A stretch of DNA of 64,000 bases from Patescibacteria group bacterium (lineage in GTDB: Bacteria; Patescibacteriota; Minisyncoccia; Phycocordibacterales; UBA9973): assembly GCA_038063915.1 (NCBI GenBank), contig JBBTUE010000004.1:38719-102718 (forward strand). The letters run 5' to 3'. The notes below the pieces were generated by a model. The model was not told the DNA's origin. It worked only from the letters and a program-made list of their open reading frames with translations, and searched no databases. Below, one piece after another: positions 9,327 through 17,006 of the stretch (its first letter is position 1; each line of letters starts with the position of its first letter). The position numbers and the translations under genes were made by a program.

Positions 9327-11792
9327 ATGGAAGGAATATCTAATAAAGGCATAGAAAAAAAGGACGAAATCCCGAATTTTCACCAAATTTTTGAGGATAG
9401 GTTAAAAATAAAAAAAATAGTAAAGGATGAACTTGGACTTGATTTGGATAATATAAAGGAGAATTCAAATTCCCCTCTATATACTATTTTTGAGAAACAT
9501 TATAAACAGGAGTACGATGAATTAAATGAAAAGGCCAAGCAATTTAAAAAAGAAGATTTTAAAGACAGTGAAGGCAAGGCAAAAACAGAGTTACAAAAAC
9601 AAAAAATAGAATATGAAAAAAGTGGAGCGGAGAATATTCCCCAAATAAATTACGAAAAAATACTTGCGGACAATCCAGGATTAAAAGAAGTTTTAGATAC
9701 AAAAAGTGCTATCTGGGCTTTGAAAGATTTTAGAATGAAGCGAACATTTGAAATTTTAAATCCAAAAATAGGACTAAAGGTTAAAGAGAAAAACGAAAAA
9801 ATGCTTGGAACAATTCAAGCAGGAATAGAAGACAGTTATGATAAATTAGAAAACGAAGATCAAACCCTTGTTCGACAAGCAGAGTTACTGGAAAATAAAC
9901 AAAATTTGAGCGAGAGCGGGCATATCTGTATTGTTCCTTCTGTTGCAAAAGATTTGGAAGCTATTGGAGACAGGATGCTTACAGGCAAGCCCGTATTTCT
10001 TCACGGACCGACTGGTACTGGTAAAACTTCACTTGCTCGCTATGCGGCTGTTCATTTTACGGGCAAAGATTCTGAAATGGTTTTTTGTAACCCGCAAACA
10101 AAAGAATCAAATGTTTGGGGCAAGACAGGCATAAAACCAGCACCAGGGGGAGCGATTGAGACAGTAGAGATTTACGGTCCTCTTGCGAAAGCAATGGTAG
10201 AAGGCAAGACTGTAATTTTCGATGAATTTACAGCTCTACCAAAAGAGCAAATGGTGTTTATAAAAGGTATTTTCAACGCCAAAGTAGGGGATAAGGTAAA
10301 TATTGTTGGTAATGGTATGGTAGAAATACAGCCTGGCTTTCAGATGATTTTTACGGCAAACTTAAAATCTGAAAAAAATCCAGAGAGACAGGATTTACCA
10401 CCAGAAGTCGCTCGTGAATTTGAACAAAATAATATAAAAATCAATTATATAAACAAGGAAGAGTCATACGACGTTATGCTTTCTCGTATGCTGGGTAAAG
10501 ACGGTTCTTTGGATATGTCTTTTTATGATCTTAATACAACATTGCCAAATCTAGCTCGCGTGATGTCAGAAATACAGGAGTCTTATACTAACGCCACAGA
10601 CAAAGAAGTCGCCAGAAAAGCAGGGGCACTCGATGCTTCTGGTAAAGTTCACTCTTTGAAGAAATTTGTAATGACACAAGGTTCTATTGAAGCTATACTT
10701 TCTTCTTGGAATATAGAGAAAAAAATGAAAAGAACAGAAAAATCTTTTGCTGAATTTTTAGATGAAAGATTTAAGACTGCTTTGACTTTTGAAGAGTATT
10801 CAAAAGAAGACAGAATACTAGCGGCTAAGATTTTGGCTTCCCGTGGTTTTTTACTGACATTAACACCGAAAGAGCTTGGCTTGCCCGACGATGTTTTTAC
10901 CTTTAATACCATAAAAGCAATGCGTGGCGCTGATGCAATAGAGGAGCTAAAATTAGAATCTGGTAAAGTAAAACATTTAAATTTAAAAGAAGTTGCCGAA
11001 CTTGACCCCTTTGATAAGAGAGCATTGCTCATGAAGAAACAAGCTGAAGGACTTTTAGAGGGTGAAACTTTTAATAAAGACGAATTTTTGACTGCTTCAA
11101 GCAAAAGATTTAATAAAATTTTTGGTAAACAACCGTCAGCAGAAGTTATAACGACTACTTATAAACAAGAATCCATAAATTTAGATATAGAGAAAAAGCT
11201 CGAAGAATTTATCTCATTCTATCAACAAAGTAAGATAGACTTACCACCAAACTTTGAGAACGACATAAGGGAGATTTGGGATCGGAATGCAAATGATATT
11301 AAAGAAAGCATAGAACAGAATGGTTTTAATGATATTCTTTTGATGCCTGAAAATATGCCTTTGCCCGATCTTCACTCTAAAATGACCGAAGGATATACAG
11401 CTACATATCAAGGCGATAATTTTAAACAAGGGGGCTCGTTTGCAGGTGCCAAAAGTGAGAAAGTGGATAAACCTAGAATAGTTTTGGTTCATAAAACTCA
11501 AAACTTAAAAGACAATCCTGAACTTGCAAAAACCTTTAACATTAAAGGCGAGGATGCAATTAAATCTGAAATTCTAACTCTCGAGGATTACCTAGTTTTC
11601 CAACGAAAGTATTTTAAAGAAACAGGTAAACACTTAGACGAAGACGGTTGGACTTGGCTTGCCACAAAATCGGGCTCTCGTCTCGTCCACGCGGCTTGGT
11701 ATCCGGATGTTGGTCAGGTCGATGTGGATGCCCGTGGTCTCGGCGATCGGCATGGCGATCTCGGCGCTCGCCCTTCCCGCAGTTTCTACTAA
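9327..11792 (+). CDS. DGR target protein 1: N-terminal coiled-coil region, central MoxR/AAA_5-like AAA+ ATPase, C-terminal C-type-lectin-like variable domain (VR1)
   Basis: Walker A FLHGPTGTGKTSLARYAA, Walker B VIFDEFTAL, sensor IFTANL. The C-terminus GWTWLATKSGSRLV...LGARPSRSFY carries VR1. No signal peptide or TM. Confidence 0.85.
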   Translation: MEGISNKGIEKKDEIPNFHQIFEDRLKIKKIVKDELGLDLDNIKENSNSPLYTIFEKHYKQEYDELNEKAKQFKKEDFKDSEGKAKTELQKQKIEYEKSGAENIPQINYEKILADNPGLKEVLDTKSAIWALKDFRMKRTFEILNPKIGLKVKEKNEKMLGTIQAGIEDSYDKLENEDQTLVRQAELLENKQNLSESGHICIVPSVAKDLEAIGDRMLTGKPVFLHGPTGTGKTSLARYAAVHFTGKDSEMVFCNPQTKESNVWGKTGIKPAPGGAIETVEIYGPLAKAMVEGKTVIFDEFTALPKEQMVFIKGIFNAKVGDKVNIVGNGMVEIQPGFQMIFTANLKSEKNPERQDLPPEVAREFEQNNIKINYINKEESYDVMLSRMLGKDGSLDMSFYDLNTTLPNLARVMSEIQESYTNATDKEVARKAGALDASGKVHSLKKFVMTQGSIEAILSSWNIEKKMKRTEKSFAEFLDERFKTALTFEEYSKEDRILAAKILASRGFLLTLTPKELGLPDDVFTFNTIKAMRGADAIEELKLESGKVKHLNLKEVAELDPFDKRALLMKKQAEGLLEGETFNKDEFLTASSKRFNKIFGKQPSAEVITTTYKQESINLDIEKKLEEFISFYQQSKIDLPPNFENDIREIWDRNANDIKESIEQNGFNDILLMPENMPLPDLHSKMTEGYTATYQGDNFKQGGSFAGAKSEKVDKPRIVLVHKTQNLKDNPELAKTFNIKGEDAIKSEILTLEDYLVFQRKYFKETGKHLDEDGWTWLATKSGSRLVHAAWYPDVGQVDVDARGLGDRHGDLGARPSRSFY
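11671..11780 (+). repeat. DGR variable repeat VR1 (last 110 bp of target 1 before the stop)
   Basis: Aligns to TR 12053-12162 with no gaps. There are 16 mismatches, 15 of them at TR adenines (hand-counted). The GC-rich 3' end tctcggcgctcgcccttcccgc is conserved and resembles an IMH (initiation of mutagenic homing) element. Confidence 0.85.
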
Positions 11793-12052
11793 TTAGGTAG
11801 TTTGTAGTTTGGTATTTGTATTTTTTTTATTACTTTTGTTTTGTATTCGATTTTTTTTCTTCGGTTAGTATAACCACAAGCAATTGATTGGTTTACCGAA
11901 GTGCTTGGGATAAGTGAAAGATGGCCTTGTGTCAGATAATTTATTTTATGTAGAAATAAAAAAGAACTGCAGTTTTGTATTGGGGATGTAGCCCTGATTA
12001 ATAGAGTATGGTTTCCAATCTTGATACGGATAATACAAAGCTAAAAGTGGGG

Positions 12053-12162
12053 CGGGCTCTCGTCTCGTCAACGCGAATTGGAATCCGGATGATGGTCAGG
12101 TCAATGTGAATGCCAATGATCTCGACTATCAGAATGACAATCTCGGCGCTCGCCCTTCCCGC
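12053..12162 (+). repeat. DGR template repeat (TR)
   Basis: In the target frame it encodes GSRLVNANWNPDDGQVNVNANDLDYQNDNLGARPSR: AAY (Asn) codons at the positions that vary in the VRs. 24 adenines in 110 bp. Confidence 0.85.
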
Positions 12163-12166
12163 CGTT

Positions 12167-12544
12167 CTAAGTCGAATTTCTCGAATACTTTATCCAACCT
12201 TGGGTCATTTTTCCTATTTCTTGTAGTTTGCTTTCAATATCCAGATAAACTCTTGCTTCTAGTATTTCACAGTTTAAAGAAATTCTAAAAAGTATTTTCA
12301 GAAGCTCTATTTTTGAATTTGCTTGAGCCAAGACTTTTTCTTTTTCATATTTTGATACTTGATTGGCAAACACAAAAAGCTCAATTCCATCTAATATTGT
12401 TCTTTCTATTTTTTCTCCCAATGTGTATCTTTCGTGTTTTGGAAATTTAAAGATGAGTTTATGTGTAACCTCGTAGAGTACAAAGAGTTTTATTACAACC
12501 GGTATTTCTAATTTTGAGAAGTCCTTATGAGTATTGTTATCCAT
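12167..12544 (-). CDS. avd: Avd-like accessory variability determinant (four-helix-bundle / 23S rRNA IVS protein family)
   Basis: EIPVVIKLFVLYEVTHKLIFKFPKHERYTLGEKIERTILDGIELFVFANQVSK matches the DLxVWKKAxxL...FPKxEKYxLxxQIRRAAxSIxxNIAEG pattern of PF05635/bAvd. It is divergent from the RT, its 5' end overlaps the RT start by 18 bp, and its stop abuts the TR end. Confidence 0.7.
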   Translation of the reverse strand: MDNNTHKDFSKLEIPVVIKLFVLYEVTHKLIFKFPKHERYTLGEKIERTILDGIELFVFANQVSKYEKEKVLAQANSKIELLKILFRISLNCEILEARVYLDIESKLQEIGKMTQGWIKYSRNST

Positions 12545-13516
12545 AAAAGTTATGATGAATTATTTAGTCTTAATAATATGATTCTCGCGTGGAGAATTTT
12601 CAGGCGGGGAAAGACAAGAAAAAAAGATGTAATGGATTTTGAAATGCATTTGGAGGATAATATCTTTTCTTTATATAAAGAAGTAAAAAATGATAAATAC
12701 AAGCATTCATCATATACATATTTTCAGATTTTTGATAATAAGAAACGAGATATTTATAAGGCAGAGGTCAGAGATAGGATAATACATCAGATTATTTATG
12801 ATTATCTACTATCTTGCTTTGAACCTACTTTTATAGCGGACTCCTATGCTTCGAGGAAAAATAAAGGACAATATAAAGCTCTTGACACTTTTTGCTATTT
12901 TATAAAACTTGCTAGTAGTGCTGGCAAAGAATGTTTTGTCTTAAAATGTGATGTCAAAAAGTATTTTGACAGTGTAGATCACGATATTTTACTTGTTTTG
13001 ATAAAAGAAAAAGTTTCCTGTGAAAAAACCTTGAAAATAATAAAAGAAGTCATATCAAGTTATCGTTCATCTACTCCACCTCAAAAAGGTATACCCCTAG
13101 GCAGTATTACAAGCCAGATATTTGCCAATATTTATCTTAATGTATTAGACCAATATGTCAAAAAAGAATTGAAATGCAGATTTTATATCAGATACAATGA
13201 TGACCTCGTGGTTGTTTTTGAAAATAAAAAACACATAGTGGGCATCAGAGATAAAATGATTCTTTTTGTGAAAGAAAAGTTATTTTTAGATATACCTATC
13301 CCAAAAACAAGTATAAGAAAAATCAGATGGGGGGTTGATTTTCTCGGATTTGTAATTTTACCTCAAGCTATCTTACTTAGAGACAAAACGAAGAACAAAA
13401 TCTATTCAAATATAAAGAGGAAAAATATACACTCATATCTTTCCCTTTTAAATCATTGTAATTCTCACAATCTAAAAGCAAAGATTCTGTCGATGGAAAA
13501 AACATATAAAATTTGA
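12527..13516 (+). CDS. DGR reverse transcriptase
   Basis: RT motif A KKYFDSVDHDILL, DGR-specific motif B IPLGSITSQIFANIYLNVLDQYVKK, motif C YNDDLVV. It is ~330 aa with no maturase or endonuclease domain. Confidence 0.9.
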   Translation: MSIVIHKSYDELFSLNNMILAWRIFRRGKTRKKDVMDFEMHLEDNIFSLYKEVKNDKYKHSSYTYFQIFDNKKRDIYKAEVRDRIIHQIIYDYLLSCFEPTFIADSYASRKNKGQYKALDTFCYFIKLASSAGKECFVLKCDVKKYFDSVDHDILLVLIKEKVSCEKTLKIIKEVISSYRSSTPPQKGIPLGSITSQIFANIYLNVLDQYVKKELKCRFYIRYNDDLVVVFENKKHIVGIRDKMILFVKEKLFLDIPIPKTSIRKIRWGVDFLGFVILPQAILLRDKTKNKIYSNIKRKNIHSYLSLLNHCNSHNLKAKILSMEKTYKI

Positions 13517-13528
13517 TAGTATGGTGGC

Positions 13529-15496
13529 ATGGAAGGCATATCTATCATTGAAGCAAAAAAGGCCAAAAAAGAAGGCGAAACCACAGAAACAGGCAACCAT
13601 ACTGAAGCCTTTGCCTTTGTTGAGGAAAATCGAGACTTTTTTGAACACCATGCAAAAGGCAAGATAAAAATAGAACAAGCTCCCGAGGGCTTGGACACTT
13701 TTGCTTTTAATTTGGAAAATAACACTATCTATATCAATTCGATGTTTTATGAAAAGCTCGGCTTTTCTAAAGAAAGGACTATCTTCGCCACCTTGCACGA
13801 AATAGAGCATTTTTTAGAAAAAATTCAGATGCTTTCCGAAGACGGAGGAGAGAAAAATTTTGAAAAATACCTCAAGAAGATAGAAACTTCAAAAGCATTT
13901 GGTTTGATGGATAATTGTGTAGCGGATATTCGTGAGAACAGAACCGTAGTTTCCAAAACTAATAAAGGAATGAAGGATTTGGAAGAAAATATTTATAAAG
14001 AAGTTTTATTTCCAGAAACGGATTTTACTGAGTCTCCTCGCCATATACAATTTTGCCAAGCTATATTGCGTGAAGCAAGAGTAGAGGGCGAACAATGCGA
14101 TGTTTCGCCCGAGGTGCGACAGAAACTTGATGAACTTAAAAAAGTAAAAGGACTTATGAATATAATGACGAATCCTGAGACGCCGATGTCGACACGTTTG
14201 AAATTACAAGATAAATATATTTGGCCGAAAGTGGAGGAACTTTTAGAAAAGGATATTGAAGATAAAAAGAATAAGGAAAATAAAGACGAAAACAAGCCAT
14301 CTGATTCCCAAGATAAAAAAACAGGTGAGGGCAAGGACAATAAACCTGGTGAAAAAAATGATGACACTAAAGGTCAAAAAGGTGAGAAAGATGATAAAAA
14401 AGGTCAACAAAAAGGAAAACCTGAAAAAGGCGAGGTAAAGGAAGGTAACCCCAATAAAATTTTTGCTGATGAATATGAGAAAGCAGAAAAAAAAGTTCCC
14501 AACGCTATACCGATCGAAGATATAAAGAAAGCTTTTAAAGAATGGAAGGAAGAAAAACAGAAAAATAGTCCCGACAAAGCAGATGAGGAATATGCTGAAA
14601 AAATAGGTGTTGAAAAGAAAGATTTGCAAGAATACAGGAGGATTGCAGAAGCATTGCAGAAAATCGTGAATCCAGAAACAAATGTGAGTGTAATGGAAGA
14701 GTTAAAAAACCTTTTTTCAAGAATTATTTCCAAAAGACTCAAAGAGAAACTTGCTCCGAAATATCCAGTTGAAGAAGGCGATGAGTTGGCTGACCCTGCT
14801 CAGCTTGTGTCTGATGTAAAATCCGGCAATTTAAGTCCGAAAGTATGGGAAGATACTGAAATTAAGGAGAGAAAAGGCGACAAATTTGGCGAAGTTGAAA
14901 TAACTCTTATATGTGATAGATCGAGTTCTATGACTGATGGTAATGGTCAAAAAGCGGTTGAGCAAAGAAATTCAGCAGTTTTGATGATGGAAGTTTTGAA
15001 AGATTTTGCAGAAATGTGTGATGAGGAGAAAATGAAGGTGGATAAACCACTTCTAGTAAAATCTGAGATATACAGTTTTGCAAGTAGTTCAGAAGATAAG
15101 ACGCCTCTTAAAAAAATGGGGAAAGAACTCGGTGAAGCTGAGAGAATAAATGTTTTAAAAAAGCTTTTTGATTTGCCGGGTTCTACTACTGATTTTAATT
15201 GTTTGGAAGCTATTAACGAAGGACTGGACAATGAAACCAAACAAAAAATTGCAATAGGAGAATTAAAAAAGATAGTTTTTGTGTTTACTGACGGCGGGAG
15301 TGACAGCGTTGCGCGAGTACAAAAGGCCTTGAAAGGTTTGCGAGATGATGGTATAGTAGTGGTCGGTATTGGACTAACAGAAGCGGGAGAACCCGCAAAG
15401 ACAACGTATGCACCAAACGCGCAAGTAGTAAATAATGTTATTGATTTGCCTATTGTTTTAGGTGAATTGTTAAAGGAGCATTTAAAGGATATTTAG
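13529..15496 (+). CDS. vWA-domain protein with an N-terminal HExxH-containing region and a Lys/Glu/Asp-rich linker
   Basis: N-terminal TLHEIEHF. A K/E/D-rich low-complexity stretch lies at about residues 240-330. The C-terminal vWA domain has LICDRSSSMTDG (MIDAS DxSxS) and FVFTDGGSD. Confidence 0.75.
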   Translation: MEGISIIEAKKAKKEGETTETGNHTEAFAFVEENRDFFEHHAKGKIKIEQAPEGLDTFAFNLENNTIYINSMFYEKLGFSKERTIFATLHEIEHFLEKIQMLSEDGGEKNFEKYLKKIETSKAFGLMDNCVADIRENRTVVSKTNKGMKDLEENIYKEVLFPETDFTESPRHIQFCQAILREARVEGEQCDVSPEVRQKLDELKKVKGLMNIMTNPETPMSTRLKLQDKYIWPKVEELLEKDIEDKKNKENKDENKPSDSQDKKTGEGKDNKPGEKNDDTKGQKGEKDDKKGQQKGKPEKGEVKEGNPNKIFADEYEKAEKKVPNAIPIEDIKKAFKEWKEEKQKNSPDKADEEYAEKIGVEKKDLQEYRRIAEALQKIVNPETNVSVMEELKNLFSRIISKRLKEKLAPKYPVEEGDELADPAQLVSDVKSGNLSPKVWEDTEIKERKGDKFGEVEITLICDRSSSMTDGNGQKAVEQRNSAVLMMEVLKDFAEMCDEEKMKVDKPLLVKSEIYSFASSSEDKTPLKKMGKELGEAERINVLKKLFDLPGSTTDFNCLEAINEGLDNETKQKIAIGELKKIVFVFTDGGSDSVARVQKALKGLRDDGIVVVGIGLTEAGEPAKTTYAPNAQVVNNVIDLPIVLGELLKEHLKDI

Positions 15497-15512
15497 TTAT
15501 ACAATACAAAAC

Positions 15513-16481
15513 ATGGAAAACATATCAAAAATGGCAAAAGCCCCAGAAAAGGCAAAGAAACCTGAAAAGTCTCAAGCAGAACTTCGCCAAGCCATAGAAG
15601 AGCGCCTTTTCGGAATGAAAGGAACTATTAAAGGTGTTATGGAGGAATACAAGCAAGCTTTAGAAGAAGAAACATTTCTAGATAAACAAGGCGAAGAAGA
15701 AGGAAACGGAGAAAAAAGAAGGGAAACAATGCAAGCTAAAATAAATGCGTTCCTTGATAAAGCGGAACAAATGAAAACGAAGTTAGATAGCAAAGAAAAA
15801 TTACCTAACTACACAGAATCAATATCTACTAATTACACTCATCCAGATAATAAAGTAGAAAATATCACTTTCTCTCTGGAAGAAAAATTAGAGGAAAATA
15901 TCGCTATCTACAAAAAAACCAAATTAGACTTGCCTCCAGATTTTGAAGATCAAATCAAAGAAATTTGGGAAAATAATATTGATGAAATACAAAAAGCAAT
16001 GCAAGAGAAAGGCTTTGATGAAATGCTTCTCGTACCTGGCAATATCCCCTTAACAGAATTAAATACTAAAATGACGGATGTATATACTGAAACGTGGGAA
16101 GACAGCGACTTCAAATCTGGCGGTTCTTTTACTGGTGCTAAAAGTGAAAATGTAAATAAACCACGTATAGTACTTGCTCACAAAACTCAAAATCTTGAAG
16201 ACAGACCAGAACTCAAGAAAACTTTAAATATAAAAGGTAAGGATGTAAAAAAGGATCAAACATTAACTTTAGAAGACTATCTAATATTTCAAAGAAAATT
16301 CTTTGAAGAAACCGGCAAACATTTGGATGAATCAGGCTGGACTTGGCTTGCCACAAAATCGGGCTCTCGTCTCGTCTACGCGGATTGGTATCCGGGTGGT
16401 GGTCTGGTCGGTGTGGTTGCCGGTGGTCTCGACTTTCAGATTGACAGTCTCGGCGCTCGCCCTTCCCGCAGTTTCTACTAA
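15513..16481 (+). CDS. DGR target protein 2: coiled-coil N-terminus, paralogous C-type-lectin-like variable domain (VR2)
   Basis: The C-terminal ~180 aa (DLPPDFEDQIKEIWENN...GWTWLATKSGSRLV...GARPSRSFY) is paralogous to the target 1 C-terminus. The 30 bp upstream of the VR and ~75 bp of 3' flank are near-identical to the target 1 locus. Confidence 0.8.
   Translation: MENISKMAKAPEKAKKPEKSQAELRQAIEERLFGMKGTIKGVMEEYKQALEEETFLDKQGEEEGNGEKRRETMQAKINAFLDKAEQMKTKLDSKEKLPNYTESISTNYTHPDNKVENITFSLEEKLEENIAIYKKTKLDLPPDFEDQIKEIWENNIDEIQKAMQEKGFDEMLLVPGNIPLTELNTKMTDVYTETWEDSDFKSGGSFTGAKSENVNKPRIVLAHKTQNLEDRPELKKTLNIKGKDVKKDQTLTLEDYLIFQRKFFEETGKHLDESGWTWLATKSGSRLVYADWYPGGGLVGVVAGGLDFQIDSLGARPSRSFY
16360..16469 (+). 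repeat. DGR variable repeat VR2
   Basis: 16 mismatches to the TR, all at TR adenines (hand-counted). It differs from VR1 at many of the same positions. Confidence 0.85.
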
Positions 16482-16539
16482 TTAGGTAACTTGTAATTTG
16501 GTATTTGTATTTTCTTTTCTTTTTTATTTTGTATTCGCA

Positions 16540-17006
16540 TTTTTTTACCAGGGAGTGATTCTATCGTGCACGCACGGGTGGGTAAGTCCGCGCGTAATCG
16601 CGCGGACTGGGGCAAGCACGAGAGATGTGAGCCTTCGGGCATTACCGCTAGTGGCGTCCATGACTAAAGGATGAGCGCCGAAGAAAAACGAAGTCAGAGA
16701 AATCTAAAAGCGAAAGCGACACACTAAATATAATAATGAAAAGCGTAGAGTGGGGGTGGCGAGGGCGGACTGCTGTAATCAGCAGAGCCCGACCCGGGGA
16801 GAGGAAACTTCCTCTCCCTAAGAGGAAGCGGGCAAATTGCCCGCACAGAGGCACCTAGGCGCGAGTAGCCCTAGCGGTAATGCCCGAGGCGGATGCCGAG
16901 GGTGACACCCCTTTAGTTCGGACATCCTATTTTATAATGAACGAAGGCACCGATGTATTTGGGTTTGAATTCCGCCGCTTCTTCTTAAAAGAAGCCTGAC
17001 CGAGCC
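16540..17006. ncRNA. GC-rich structured non-coding island; candidate structured RNA, family unassigned
   Basis: ~58% GC inside a ~35% GC genome, with no credible ORF. Many hairpins, e.g. gtccgcgcg-taat-cgcgcggac (16590) and a long-range pair ggcattaccgctag(16641)/ctagcggtaatgcc(16876). A G-rich-plus-tetraloop-hairpin motif at 16758 recurs inside the inverted repeat at 17062. Confidence 0.3.

Larger units (their letters stand above)
9327..16481 (+). mobile_element. diversity-generating retroelement (DGR): target1 - TR - avd (opposite strand) - RT - vWA protein - target2
   Basis: See the component features below. The TR/VR pairs show adenine-specific mismatches, and the RT has DGR-type motifs. 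Confidence 0.85.

Noticed and set aside
9075-9343. ORF-track proteins 9075-9269(-) and 9101-9343(+), and their twins 16932-17150(-) and 17051-17245(+), with near-identical sequences (MREPFSSRKTKRTNELR..., MHGECGGRGQTRV...)
   Set aside because: They lie wholly inside the two copies of the 166-bp inverted repeat and the GC-rich spacer. Open frames on both strands and G+C richness are expected for structured non-coding DNA, and the duplication is explained by the repeat, not by gene paralogy.
12106-12288. 60-aa plus-strand ORF overlapping the TR
   Set aside because: It is the TR read in the target frame, ending in junk. It has no start context and overlaps avd antisense.
12527-13516. Group II intron or retron identity for the reverse transcriptase
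   Set aside because: It has the DGR-specific motif-B variant (I-P-L-G-S-I-T-S-Q) and no maturase or X domain. No intron domain V/VI or msr/msd repeats flank it, whereas a TR/VR system with A-specific mismatches is adjacent.
13990-14750. Multiple antisense and alternate-frame ORFs (13993-14367, 14243-14629, 14256-14438, 14404-14742, 14535-14720)
   Set aside because: They overlap the K/E/D-rich low-complexity linker of the vWA gene. AAG/GAA-rich sequence gives open frames in all registers.
16540-17006. RNase P RNA as the identity of the GC-rich island
   Set aside because: The P4 5' strand consensus AGGAAAGUCCGGGCUCC and 3' strand ACAGAANCCGGCUUA could not be found. The nearest look-alike, guaaguccgcgcg, is half of a local hairpin rather than a pseudoknot strand.
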